Source: Candidatus Pelearchaeum maunauluense (lineage in GTDB: Archaea > Thermoproteota > Nitrososphaeria_A > Caldarchaeales > Caldarchaeaceae). Taken from it: 64,000 nucleotides of DNA. The notes below the pieces were generated by a model. That model saw only the letters and a list, made by a program, of their open reading frames with translations, was not told where the DNA came from and did no database searches. The DNA lies in the NCBI GenBank assembly GCA_030059675.1, contig JANVYQ010000003.1, forward strand, positions 138,822 through 202,821, read 5' to 3'. Positions 37,283 through 46,831 of the stretch are shown here, one piece after another (the first letter of the stretch is position 1; every line of letters begins with the position of its first letter). The position numbers were made by a program, and so were the translations under genes.

Positions 37283-38476
37283 TTAGCGCTTCATTACCAA
37301 GACTGAAGATGCTTGCATTAGGTCTCCCCATGCTTGGCATAGCCCAACCTCTACGTCCCGTCTCACTTGACGCTTGCCTGCTTCGCCTCTCAACTGCCAG
37401 AATATCTCGCAGACCTTCATCATGCCAGCCGCAGCTATCGGATTCCCAACGCCCAGAAGACCGCCTGAGGGATTTACAGGCAGGTCCCCATCACGCTCAG
37501 TAACACCATCCTCCAACAACCTAGGAGCCTCACCACGGCCACATAGCTGAAGCCCCTCCATGTGATGCAGCTCCTTATATGTGAATGGATCGTAAACCTC
37601 AGCTACGTGCACTTGCTTGCGCGGGTTCTCTATCCCCGCCATCTTATACGCCTGCTTGGCCGCCTTCTCAAGGTAGAGTGGATACTTGAGGTCGCGGTTG
37701 GTCCAGTAGGCGGTGTCCAGGTTCCAGCCAACGCCAGCTATCCATACTGGGTTGTCGGTCAGCTTCTTAGCCACCCGCTCGGATGCCAGGATAACCGCCG
37801 CGGCGCCGTCGCTGGGAGGGCTTACATCAAGCCTATTAACAGGCCAGGCTATCACCTCGGAGTTTAGCACGTCATCAACCGTTATGTTTCCAGCAAGCTG
37901 GGCGCATGGGTGGTCTAGAGCGTTCCTCTTATTCTTAACAGCTACGCGCGCTATCTGCTCCTTCCTAATACCATAGGAATGCATGTAGCGGTTCATCTCC
38001 AGCGCGAATATCCAGAGCAGATTTACCCCCAGTGGTCTCTCTAGCGAGTGGTGGAATATTGTCCAGAACGCTTTCTGGGGATGCGGCTGGTGTGGCGACA
38101 TCTTCTCCTCAGCTACGCATAGACATATGTCTGATAGTCCAGAAGCCACGTGCCACCATCCAGCTATTGGTGTGAATACCCCAGTAGCGCCGCCTATGAA
38201 TACCCTTACATGAGGCTTCTTGATGGCTCCAGCGCCCTCCAGCAGGTATTCGCTCTTCATGTGAATCCCGTCAAAGGCGTCTGGTGCGGTTCCCGTAACT
38301 ACCGTATCAACGTCCTTGAGGGTTATCCCAGCAGAGTCCAGCGCCATCTTCGCTGCCTCGTATGAGAGCTCTCGCCCCTCCTCCAGAAGTCTGCGCCTGA
38401 AGAGCGTTATGCCAGCCCCTATAACCGCAACCCTACGCTTCGCAGCCATGGACAGCCCCTCAATACTCCTAAACAC
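37283..38476 (-). CDS. SCP2-type thiolase-fold protein
   Basis: VAVKNKRNA..HP.AQ, DGAAAV, AEVYDPF, VNPSGGLL. Confidence 0.88.
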   Translation of the reverse strand: MFRSIEGLSMAAKRRVAVIGAGITLFRRRLLEEGRELSYEAAKMALDSAGITLKDVDTVVTGTAPDAFDGIHMKSEYLLEGAGAIKKPHVRVFIGGATGVFTPIAGWWHVASGLSDICLCVAEEKMSPHQPHPQKAFWTIFHHSLERPLGVNLLWIFALEMNRYMHSYGIRKEQIARVAVKNKRNALDHPCAQLAGNITVDDVLNSEVIAWPVNRLDVSPPSDGAAAVILASERVAKKLTDNPVWIAGVGWNLDTAYWTNRDLKYPLYLEKAAKQAYKMAGIENPRKQVHVAEVYDPFTYKELHHMEGLQLCGRGEAPRLLEDGVTERDGDLPVNPSGGLLGVGNPIAAAGMMKVCEIFWQLRGEAGKRQVRRDVEVGLCQAWGDLMQASSVLVMKR

Positions 38477-38697
38477 TACTTGATAAGCCCTTTCTCCTTG
38501 GCGCGTTTCATCACATTCCGCACAACTTCAACAGCATCCATCAAGCGCTTCCTCTCATCCTCGGTCAATAACTGCATCTCAACAGCCAGGGGAGAGTCAA
38601 TCAGCAACTTTAGGTTTATCATGGCATTACCTATGCTGGAGCGGAGGACTTCAAGCTTATGCTCCTCCGACCACCTGCCAGGCCTTATCAAGGACAT
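38476..38697 (-). CDS. Small helical hypothetical protein
   Basis: 73-aa ORF abutting the start of the downstream thiolase. Confidence 0.6.
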   Translation of the reverse strand: MSLIRPGRWSEEHKLEVLRSSIGNAMINLKLLIDSPLAVEMQLLTEDERKRLMDAVEVVRNVMKRAKEKGLIK

Positions 38698-38742
38698 CTC
38701 TCCCAGCTATCGTTCTCCTTTAAAGAGTTCCCGAAGCAACCG

Positions 38743-39870
38743 CTATGTGGATAGTATTAGCACAGTGCATGAAGCAGTTATCGGCGGACTGCATGAGAGG
38801 ACTGCGCAGGTCTCGGCATCTTCAAGCTGCGCCGCTCCCGCCTGGCCCCTTAGCTGCATAACTGCCTCATAGACGCGTGACGCCCCACTGGCTTCTAGGA
38901 GGTCTCCCATCCCTAGAGAGCCGCCCGAAACGTTAACGGGTATGTCGGTCTCAAAGCTGCGCTTTCTTCTACCACCTATTCCAAGAGCCTCACTAGCTTG
39001 TAGCTGTTTGAAGCTAATCCTATCCTCCACCTCCGCAAAGTCCAGCTGACGCGCTGGGCGTGTTATCTTAGCCATCTTCAGAGCCTTCGCAGCTGCGAGC
39101 CGCATATAATCAAAGCTCGCTGGATTACGGTTCTCCACCATTAGTGTTTCTGAACACCAGCCGACGCCCGTGATGTAGATTGGAGTATCAGTAATCCTCC
39201 TAGCCTTCCTAGCGTTTGCTAGTATGAAGACGATAGCCCCGTCAGAAGGCTGGGCGAAGTCAAGCTCACTCAGGGGGCTGTATGTCTCAGGCCTGGCTAA
39301 AGCCTCCTCTAGTGAGATGTCTGCACCATAGGGCGCCCTAGGGTTCCTGAGAGCGTTCCTCTTATTCTCAGATACAACACGCGCAAGAGCTTCTCTCCCC
39401 AGGCCGCGCTCCTCAAGATAGCGCTTAGCCTCAAGCGCAGCGAGAGCAGGGACGCTCAAACCCAGCTGGCGGTGATAGAGCGGGTCCAGCGCAAGCTCAT
39501 AAACCTCGGCGAGGCTCTTCACCTCTGATGGCTTTCCATGAGCTGCCACAACGGCTACATCAAACACGCCAGTAGCTATCTGCATGTAAGCATTAACCAA
39601 GCCTTGGATACCGTCTCCAGAGACGGTGCATATCGTCCTGAGAGCGGCGCCGAGCTGGTCTGGGCTGTACTCGCTGGTTATGCTATACCCCTCCCAGAAG
39701 TCCTGCTGGCAGTGGATAAACGTATCCACATCGCGGCGCGGGTTTAGGCTAGTCTCTGCAAAAGCCCGCGAAGCTGCCTCAAAATCCATCTCCCTGAAGT
39801 CCATCTCATCTATACGCTGCCTATAGCCGACCTGCCCAACACCCACTATCGCTACCTTCCCACTCAACAC
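38743..39870 (-). CDS. SCP2-type thiolase-fold protein (degenerate paralogue)
   Basis: NKRNALRNP.A, DGA, FAEVED, VNVSGGSL. Confidence 0.85.
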   Translation of the reverse strand: MLSGKVAIVGVGQVGYRQRIDEMDFREMDFEAASRAFAETSLNPRRDVDTFIHCQQDFWEGYSITSEYSPDQLGAALRTICTVSGDGIQGLVNAYMQIATGVFDVAVVAAHGKPSEVKSLAEVYELALDPLYHRQLGLSVPALAALEAKRYLEERGLGREALARVVSENKRNALRNPRAPYGADISLEEALARPETYSPLSELDFAQPSDGAIVFILANARKARRITDTPIYITGVGWCSETLMVENRNPASFDYMRLAAAKALKMAKITRPARQLDFAEVEDRISFKQLQASEALGIGGRRKRSFETDIPVNVSGGSLGMGDLLEASGASRVYEAVMQLRGQAGAAQLEDAETCAVLSCSPPITASCTVLILST

Positions 39871-39958
39871 CCGCGAATGATGTTAGGCGTTTATTATCTC
39901 TTAACGGGGGAAAGTTATTTTTGTAGGCGCGTTCTCATCGGCTTGTCGTGTAGGTGTA

Positions 39959-40729
39959 ATGCCCGTCAACATAATAATGGTCTTCATACTGGCCGCCGCC
40001 TCAGCTTCGTTAGGTGCTTTGATAGGCGCTGGCGGTGGGTTCATCTTCGTCCCGATAATGCTCTACCTAGGCTACCCACCGCAGCAAGCAGTGAGCACCA
40101 GCCTCGTTATGGTCTTCTTCAACGCCCTTTCATCGTCCTCAGTATACTATCGCCAGAAGAGGCTCAACCTCACAAGAGCGGCCAGCCTAGGCGTCTTAAC
40201 CCTGCCAGGAGCTGTAATTGGTGGATACACGCTCACATACCTCAACCCAGGAACGTTTAAGCTCATCTTCGGCGCTTTCCTCGCGTCGGCAGCTCTTTAT
40301 ATGGTTGTGAGGAGCGGGCATAGGTCTTCCACCGTGTTTAGAGCTGATGAGATGGATAGGGCGCCGAGGATAAAGCTCGGCTACCCGCTGGCGGCAGCCA
40401 GCGGGTTTGTATCCAGCATGTTCGGAGTTGGGGGAGGGATACTCCTAGTCCCAGCATTCATACACATCATAAACCTGCCAACACACATAGCCACAGCCAC
40501 AAGCCAGTTCATAACAGCCTTCGCATCAGGCTTCGGCTTCACCACAATAACATCCCTGGGAGGCGCCGACGTAGCTTTGCTGCCGGCAGCAGCCCTAGCT
40601 GGAGTAGCAGGCGTCCAAGCAGGAGCCAGAATAAGCAAGCGCGTAAGAGCGCGTATAATAGAGATAATCGCGGGGCTCGCGCTCTTCACAGTGGCGGTCA
40701 ACCTTATAGCAGGCTCTCTCACCGCCTAG
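39959..40729 (+). CDS. TauE/SafE-family transporter
   Basis: GAGGGFIFVP and GVGGGILLVP repeats, about 8 TM. Confidence 0.9.
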   Translation: MPVNIIMVFILAAASASLGALIGAGGGFIFVPIMLYLGYPPQQAVSTSLVMVFFNALSSSSVYYRQKRLNLTRAASLGVLTLPGAVIGGYTLTYLNPGTFKLIFGAFLASAALYMVVRSGHRSSTVFRADEMDRAPRIKLGYPLAAASGFVSSMFGVGGGILLVPAFIHIINLPTHIATATSQFITAFASGFGFTTITSLGGADVALLPAAALAGVAGVQAGARISKRVRARIIEIIAGLALFTVAVNLIAGSLTA

Positions 40730-40904
40730 ACCCGCATGAGCCAGAGAGACAACCAGGGCACACACAATCCCTAGCAAGGAGGGAAAGCTCCCGCCGTCTC
40801 TCCTCAGAAACCTCAATAGAAGCACACCAACAAGAACCATCATACAACCCACACTCAAAACTACAGCCACAAGCCCCGCAGACAACCTTACGCGGCACAA
40901 ACAC
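40719..40904 (-). CDS. Cysteine-rich CWC-family protein
   Basis: C..CG..F.CG....SCWC...DCVCP.CL. Confidence 0.75.
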   Translation of the reverse strand: MFVPRKVVCGACGCSFECGLYDGSCWCASIEVSEERRRELSLLARDCVCPGCLSGSCGSRR

Positions 40905-40932
40905 AACAACACAAAAAGGAAGATTATAAACA

Positions 40933-41004
40933 TGGACCGGCGGGGATTTGAACCCCGGACCTCCCGCGTGCGAGGCGGGCGATCTTCCGCTGATCTACCG
41001 GCCC
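40933..41004 (-). tRNA. tRNA-Ala(CGC)
   Basis: G3-U70 pair; anticodon arm CCCGC-CTCGCAC-GCGGG. Confidence 0.95.
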
Positions 41005-41064
41005 TCCCTTGTTGTGGTGTTTGTTTAGCTGGTCTTAACTGTTGCGGTTGTAAGTCTTAATATT

Positions 41065-41535
41065 GTGTTGGGTCTGGTTATGGCTGGGTGTTTGGTGGGG
41101 GCTTTGGGTGTAGATTTGGCTAGTAGGGATGTTTATGAGAAGTTGCTTGACATGGCGTTGGAGAGGGTGTCTAAGACTGTGGCCAGGGCTGGTGATAGGG
41201 CGTTGGAGCTTAGGCCGACGCTTATCCAGGGTGGGAGGAATATCGTCTTGACGAACTTGGGGCAGATAGCGAAGACGCTTAACCGCGAGCCTGAGCATCT
41301 TGCTAGGTTTATTTTGAAGGAGACTGGCAGGGCTGGGGCTGTTGAGGATGATAGACTCAACATTCAGGGTAGGATAACTCCAGAGGAGGTGCGTAAGCTC
41401 CTAGAGCTTTACATAAAGGAGTTTGTTAAATGCCCCATCTGTGGAGGTATAGACACAAAGCTGGTGAGCGAGAAGCGGTTTAGGTTTGTTGTATGTGAGG
41501 TCTGTGGTGCTAAGAACCCAGTACGCAGGATATAG
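41065..41535 (+). CDS. eif2b: Translation initiation factor aIF-2 beta
   Basis: YEKLLD, LNREPEHL, FVKCPICG..DT, CEVCGA; true start probably about 41104. Confidence 0.92.
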   Translation: MLGLVMAGCLVGALGVDLASRDVYEKLLDMALERVSKTVARAGDRALELRPTLIQGGRNIVLTNLGQIAKTLNREPEHLARFILKETGRAGAVEDDRLNIQGRITPEEVRKLLELYIKEFVKCPICGGIDTKLVSEKRFRFVVCEVCGAKNPVRRI

Positions 41536-41586
41536 GGAGCGTGAATATTTTTTATTCGCTAGAGCTATAAAGGGAGTAAGACGGAG

Positions 41587-41895
41587 ATGGCTGAGGAGCG
41601 GTGCTGGGTTAAGGTGCATCACTCAAGGACTGGCGAGGTTGTCGTGGCTATCTGCGATAGCGAGCTACTCGGCAAACGCCTAAAGCTCTCGGAAGGCGTT
41701 TACGTGGATGTCAGCAAGTCTTTCTACGGCGGGATGCTGCTAAACGCGGACGAGCTGGATAAATACATCAAGCAAGGGACCATAGTCAACCTCCTAGGCG
41801 AGCGCGCCGTTAATGTTGCCGTTAAGATGGGCCTGGTGAGGGAGAGCGCAGTAGTAATGATAGACGGCGTGTCTCACATCCAAATATTCCTCTAG
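41587..41895 (+). CDS. DUF424-family protein
   Basis: VAICDSELLG, FYGG, NLLGERAV. Confidence 0.88.
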   Translation: MAEERCWVKVHHSRTGEVVVAICDSELLGKRLKLSEGVYVDVSKSFYGGMLLNADELDKYIKQGTIVNLLGERAVNVAVKMGLVRESAVVMIDGVSHIQIFL

Positions 41896-41914
41896 CTCCT
41901 CATTATCTCCTGGG

Positions 41915-42250
41915 TTGAGGCTATCAGAGCTTCAGAGGCGTGTTCTTGAGTTTGAGAAGGCGCGGGGCTGGGATAAGTTTAGAGAGTCGCTGATATACGC
42001 CCATCTTATAGAGGAGATAACAGAGGTGGGTAGGTTTATCCTTGAACGCGAGGGGTATAAGCTCCAAGACCTTGGGCATGCCCCAACAGATGGGGATGTG
42101 GATAGCGAATTTGCGCAGGCGTTGAGCCTCTTCATACAGCTGGCGAATAGGTTTAACGTTGATTTGGAGAAAGCGGTTGAGGATGAGATGAGCAGGATGG
42201 AGCGGAGATTTCCAGCCGAGGAGTGGAGGCGAAGACTAGGCTCACGATAG
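41915..42250 (+). CDS. MazG-like nucleotide pyrophosphohydrolase
   Basis: RGWD, LIEEITEV, EFA, LANRFNVDLE. Confidence 0.8.
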   Translation: MRLSELQRRVLEFEKARGWDKFRESLIYAHLIEEITEVGRFILEREGYKLQDLGHAPTDGDVDSEFAQALSLFIQLANRFNVDLEKAVEDEMSRMERRFPAEEWRRRLGSR

Positions 42251-42257
42251 GTTCTTG

Positions 42258-43505
42258 CTATTTCTTCCTCCCCAGCCTCATGTGCGCATCCGCTAGGTGG
42301 TGCGCTGCAAGGGCTGAGAGTAGGCTAAGCTCGCCTGCCAGCACTGTTGCTGCCACAATCTCGGCGAATTTCAGCGCGTTAGTCCCTGGAGGCTCACCAC
42401 CCCCAGCCACGCCGATTATCTCAAGAGCCTTCCTCTGCGTTGGGAGAGACGTGCCACCGCCGACTGTTCCCACCTCAAGCGTTGGCAGAGTTATTGAGAT
42501 GTAGAGGTCCCCATCGTCAAGCTCTTCGCAGTAGGTTATGCAGTGGGAGCTATCAACTACCTGAGCCAGGTCCTGACCAGTAGCTAGGAAGAGCGCCGCT
42601 ATCACGTTGGCTACATGCGCGTTGAACCCGCCCAAGACGCCTGCACGACCGCTTCCCAGATACAGCTTACGCAGCACAACCTCAACTATCCTGTCAGGTG
42701 TTGTCTTGAGCTTCTTCTCCACAGTCTCGCGGCTTACCACCGCCTCTGCAATAACCGACTTGCCGCGGCCAAGAACCCAGTTTATCGCGGCAGCTTTCTT
42801 GTCTGTGCATAGATTGCCGCTCAGGGAGACGTTCTCAACCCATGGAAGGTTTTCGTGGATAAACCGCGAAACCTCGTCGGTTGCCTTCACTATCATATTC
42901 ATCCCCATAGCATCCCCAGATGAGGCCTCAAACCGCAGGAAAACCGTCCTCCCCACAACATACGGCCTTATCCGCAAAAGCCTCCCATGCCTAGTCGTGG
43001 ATTCAAAAACCTCCTTAATTTTGCCAAAGTTATCTTCAACCCATTCTATGAACTCTACCGCCTTCTCTAGGCTTGGTGTTTTGAAGACGGGGGCTCTCGT
43101 TATTTTATCATCCAGCACCTTTACCACTGCCCCTCCAGACTCGGTTATTGCTGATGCCCCCCTATTCACCGAAGCAACCAGAGCGCCCTCGGTTGTTGCT
43201 AGAGGTATGAGATACTCGCCAGAGGCATGGTCTCCCCGCACCTTCAGCGGCCCAGCAATACCCATGGGCACCTTAACGCATCCTATCGTGTTCTCACAGT
43301 TTCGCCCAACTACGTCGTTGAAGTCTACGACGTTATCATCCAGCGGAGATAGGTCAAGGTGTGATATCTCTTCTATGGCTCTCCTCCTGACGCGTGTCGC
43401 CACGTTACTGTCTTTTACATGCTTCTCAACCTCATGCAGCCTTACCTCTCCCCTTAAGATACGTTTTACCAACTCGTCAATCTCTGTTACCGTCATTCGC
43501 GGCAC
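42258..43505 (-). CDS. hmgA: HMG-CoA reductase (class I)
   Basis: CENTIG, PLATTEG, GDAMGMN, GN.CTDKK, GTVGGGT, GELSL. Confidence 0.96.
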   Translation of the reverse strand: MPRMTVTEIDELVKRILRGEVRLHEVEKHVKDSNVATRVRRRAIEEISHLDLSPLDDNVVDFNDVVGRNCENTIGCVKVPMGIAGPLKVRGDHASGEYLIPLATTEGALVASVNRGASAITESGGAVVKVLDDKITRAPVFKTPSLEKAVEFIEWVEDNFGKIKEVFESTTRHGRLLRIRPYVVGRTVFLRFEASSGDAMGMNMIVKATDEVSRFIHENLPWVENVSLSGNLCTDKKAAAINWVLGRGKSVIAEAVVSRETVEKKLKTTPDRIVEVVLRKLYLGSGRAGVLGGFNAHVANVIAALFLATGQDLAQVVDSSHCITYCEELDDGDLYISITLPTLEVGTVGGGTSLPTQRKALEIIGVAGGGEPPGTNALKFAEIVAATVLAGELSLLSALAAHHLADAHMRLGRKK

Positions 43506-43539
43506 CGTCTCCCTTTCCTAGTGGGTTAGTGCATCTAGA

Positions 43540-44211
43540 TTAAGTTAGTTTCCCTGCTTGGAGGAGTGTCAAACCAGCGGCGAGGGCTGCGTAGCTTGCT
43601 GTCTGGGGGTCTTTCGCTCCAGCTATTATTATCACATCCTCCTCGCCTGGCTTAAACTCGCGTGAGATGTCCTCGGCTAGCTTCGGTTGCTCGCTTGTTA
43701 TGTTGCTCTCTGGCGGCATGAGGAGCTTCCCGTCCCTGAATACGAAGATAAGGGCTGCGTCTGCGCCAGCTTTTACGGCGGCGTCGCGCTCATTCACCCC
43801 GCTCCTAACCACCTCGCCTAGGCCCCTGACCACGACCCCAGCGGCATATCTGGCTTTTATCGGGAGCTCAAACCCTACAAGACGGGGGCCGAATAGCTGC
43901 GACGACAAAGCGCTGTAAAGCTCACGGCCAACATCGCTAAGCCCATGCCCACCCCTGCTCATGCTCACAAGGCCCAGACGACCTAGACGCTGGAGAATCG
44001 TCCTTATAGAGCCCTCACCAAGCCCCATGCTCTCAGAAAGCCTCTTCCTCCCCAAGGGCCCGCGCTCGCCCAGTATTAGGAGAACATACAAGAGGTGCTG
44101 GGGTTTAAACGCTGGCGCGGGGCCCTTAGGGCTTATCGTGCTGAGCGTCTCAAGAAGCTGCCTTATCGCGCTGGGGCCGCGCAATATCAACCACCGCAGG
44201 GCTACAGGCAA
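43540..44211 (-). CDS. wHTH protein (DUF2111/DUF4443-like)
   Basis: GRKRLSE.MGLGEGSIRT, GVNERDAAVKAGA. Confidence 0.75.
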   Translation of the reverse strand: MPVALRWLILRGPSAIRQLLETLSTISPKGPAPAFKPQHLLYVLLILGERGPLGRKRLSESMGLGEGSIRTILQRLGRLGLVSMSRGGHGLSDVGRELYSALSSQLFGPRLVGFELPIKARYAAGVVVRGLGEVVRSGVNERDAAVKAGADAALIFVFRDGKLLMPPESNITSEQPKLAEDISREFKPGEEDVIIIAGAKDPQTASYAALAAGLTLLQAGKLT

Positions 44212-44231
44212 GAATTGGTGTTAGCCAGTTC

Positions 44232-45143
44232 TTAAGCAGGAAGGGAGAGAGCTCTGAGAATCCATGAGCGCGGGCTAGCGTCAAGGTCGTCTAAGTCCTG
44301 GCCAACCCCCACGAAGATTAGGGGCTTTCCCGTTATCTGCGTTATGGAGATGGCCGAACCCCCCTTCGCGTCAGCATCCAGCTTGGCCAGGATAACGTAG
44401 TCAATCCCGACATACTCGTTGAACTTGCGCGCCTGCTCAGCCGCCACATTACCAGAGAGAGCATCACCGACATAAATCACGAAATCAGGCCGCGTAACCC
44501 TCTTTATCTTCCGCATCTCCTCAAGCAGCCCCTCGTCAACCTCTGTTCTGCCAGCGGTGTCTATGAGCACTACAGGTATCCTTCTGGCCTCGGCGCTTCT
44601 TATGGCGTCTACCGCAACAGCCGCTGGGTCTGCTCCGTAGTGCTGGCTAACAACCCAGAACCCATGCTTCTCGGCTAGGCTCCGTAGCTGCTCAATCGCC
44701 CCAGCCCTGAAGGTGTCCGAACAAGCTATGACCGAGGAAAACCCATTCTTACGCAGGTAGTTGGCTATCTTAACCACGGTAGTCGTCTTACCCCCGCCGT
44801 TTGGGCCTACGAAGAGTATGACCGTAGCCTTTCCCCTACGCTGGTTCTCCCTAATCTTCTCCACAATCTCCTTAGGATTGGATTCCAGAACCAGGTCTTG
44901 GATGGTCTTTGAGATGGCTTCTCTAATCAAATCGCTGGAATTGCCAAACCTGGGGACTTTAACTTGTCTTAGCTCGTTCTTGAGCGAGCTGGCTATCCTG
45001 TCTATAACCTCCAGCGCCACGTCATTAGCTGCTAGATGCAGCTCCAGCTGCGATATCGCCTCATCTATATCCTTCTCTGATAGGCTTGTTGTCTTTATCC
45101 TCTCCGCGAGGCCTGCAAAGGTCTTCTTAAGCCCCTCCAACAT
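44232..45143 (-). CDS. ftsY: SRP receptor FtsY
   Basis: GPNGGGKTTT, DTFRAGA, DTAGR, KLDADAKGG. Confidence 0.95.
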   Translation of the reverse strand: MLEGLKKTFAGLAERIKTTSLSEKDIDEAISQLELHLAANDVALEVIDRIASSLKNELRQVKVPRFGNSSDLIREAISKTIQDLVLESNPKEIVEKIRENQRRGKATVILFVGPNGGGKTTTVVKIANYLRKNGFSSVIACSDTFRAGAIEQLRSLAEKHGFWVVSQHYGADPAAVAVDAIRSAEARRIPVVLIDTAGRTEVDEGLLEEMRKIKRVTRPDFVIYVGDALSGNVAAEQARKFNEYVGIDYVILAKLDADAKGGSAISITQITGKPLIFVGVGQDLDDLDASPRSWILRALSLPA

Positions 45144-45145
45144 AA

Positions 45146-45595
45146 CTATCTTCCTTGCTGCTGCCTTGCTACGACGGTCTCTAGGAACTGCCGAAGCTCA
45201 TACGCCCTCGCCACATATTCGTCCAGCCTCTTCGTCGTCTCTTCCCGCAGCTTCCTAAGCTCCTCCGTCCTTCTTATGATTAGCTGCTGGCTCTCATCAA
45301 GAGACTTAACAAGAATGACACCCGCTCCAACGTTTACGTGGATATTCTCCACATTCACCAGCTCGCCCTTCACGAAGCTCCCAGCACCTATTGGGATTAG
45401 GATTGATAGAGAGCCCCCGTTCTTCTTTATCTCCTCAACGAGTTTTAGCGTCCTCTCATGCTCGTCCACAGCGCTGTCCAGCGTCATAACCCTGGCCTGC
45501 AGGTCTGAGATTAGGCGCTCCAGTAGCTGTAGCTCGGCCAGGGCTCTGTTTAGCTGCTCTTGAGAAGCCACACTAGTCCACCTACCCGCTCTCAC
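45146..45595 (-). CDS. pfdA: Prefoldin alpha subunit
   Basis: ILIPIGAG.FV, VNVGAGV, flanking coiled coils. Confidence 0.92.
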   Translation of the reverse strand: MRAGRWTSVASQEQLNRALAELQLLERLISDLQARVMTLDSAVDEHERTLKLVEEIKKNGGSLSILIPIGAGSFVKGELVNVENIHVNVGAGVILVKSLDESQQLIIRRTEELRKLREETTKRLDEYVARAYELRQFLETVVARQQQGR

Positions 45596-45622
45596 CTACC
45601 GTCTTCGTTAATAACCATTATG

Positions 45623-46291
45623 CTAGGGGCCGAAGGCTCGTGAGATTGCCAGAAGCTCTGGGCCTGTGGTTCTTGAGCCTACTATGGCGCCCTTCGTGTT
45701 AGCCAAGACACCGCTGCGCACAAATTTTACGCCGTCGTTAACGGTTCCTGGTGATGGCTCCACCTTTAGCACATCGCGTATGAGCTGGGCGTCTTCCTTC
45801 TCCATGTCAACGTGAACCAGGGCTCCGCCGTTTGTCGCTACAGCGACGGAGCCGACGTAGCTGCGTGAGGCTATCTCAGCCTTAACAACCTCCACGCCCA
45901 GCGTCTCCTCCACCTGCCTAACCTCACTCCTACTCAGGGCAGGGCTAAGTATAGCGCCATGGTCGTTACAGAGTATCAGATTCCCTATCGCCGTGAGCTT
46001 GGAGTTTAGGACCGCGATTCTAATTTCTGGAAGGCTTTTCCTTATCTGTTCAATCTCCTCATCAAGGGCTAGGCTTGTAAGTATTATTCCGTTGGAGTTA
46101 GCTGCCGCGAAGGGTGAGATGAGCGTGCTACCAGCAAGAACGGCTGGCACGGCTTTCACGCCTAGGGCTTCCTCGTAGAAGCGCATTTTACGCGGCAAGA
46201 CTATACGGGAGATTATGAGGTATCTATCAGTTGCTAGGCCGAAGAGACCAACCTCAGCAGAGCCTCTTACAGAGTCTAGATGAATCGCCAT
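45623..46291 (-). CDS. eif6: Translation initiation factor 6
   Basis: [30 protein letters not shown]. Confidence 0.95.
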   Translation of the reverse strand: MAIHLDSVRGSAEVGLFGLATDRYLIISRIVLPRKMRFYEEALGVKAVPAVLAGSTLISPFAAANSNGIILTSLALDEEIEQIRKSLPEIRIAVLNSKLTAIGNLILCNDHGAILSPALSRSEVRQVEETLGVEVVKAEIASRSYVGSVAVATNGGALVHVDMEKEDAQLIRDVLKVEPSPGTVNDGVKFVRSGVLANTKGAIVGSRTTGPELLAISRAFGP

Positions 46292-46296
46292 GCCAC

Positions 46297-46572
46297 CTAC
46301 TCTTCCTTCTCCTCCACGGCCTCGCCCTCAAGCCTCACATAAACCGTGTCTTCCTCCTTCTCAAGCACGACCTTTATCCTACGGGGAGGGTGCCTAATTC
46401 CCCGCTCCCATATCTTCTGGGCTACTGCGGGGGATATCTTGACGTAGGGAGCCTTGCCATGCCTCCTGGCGAAGGCGCGTAGTATATTCATAGCTACCTT
46501 GGCTCTCCGCGCGGGTGCAGCCTTCCAGGCATCCCGCAACGGGACTACAAGGGTTTTGGTGTCTTCGCTCAT
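46297..46572 (-). CDS. rpl31e: Ribosomal protein L31e
   Basis: [24 protein letters not shown]. Confidence 0.93.
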   Translation of the reverse strand: MSEDTKTLVVPLRDAWKAAPARRAKVAMNILRAFARRHGKAPYVKISPAVAQKIWERGIRHPPRRIKVVLEKEEDTVYVRLEGEAVEEKEE

Positions 46573-46618
46573 CTTAAAGCCCTAGTGAAAGCGGTTTTTA
46601 CCGCCTCTCTTTAAGGAT

Positions 46619-46768
46619 TTAGGGCTTAATAGAGCTCCGCCTCCATGAGCGCCGCCTGTTGGAGAACCTAACACGCCGCGCAGTCCGCGCTATCACCCAC
46701 GTCGGGACCGGCCAAGCCCTCCTAGCGGCCTTCGCAAGCCGTTTTTTGAGGGAGAAAGTCCTAGGCAT
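46619..46768 (-). CDS. rpl39e: Ribosomal protein L39e, not in ORF track
   Basis: Manual translation MPRTFSLKKRLAKAARRAWPVPTWVIART...RRSWRRSSIKP. Confidence 0.93.
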   Translation of the reverse strand: MPRTFSLKKRLAKAARRAWPVPTWVIARTARRVRFSNRRRSWRRSSIKP

Positions 46769-46831
46769 AACCGCCCACACCTATGTCGCACCAGTAAGAC
46801 AATACACCGAGATTTTAATGGTTACTACTGC

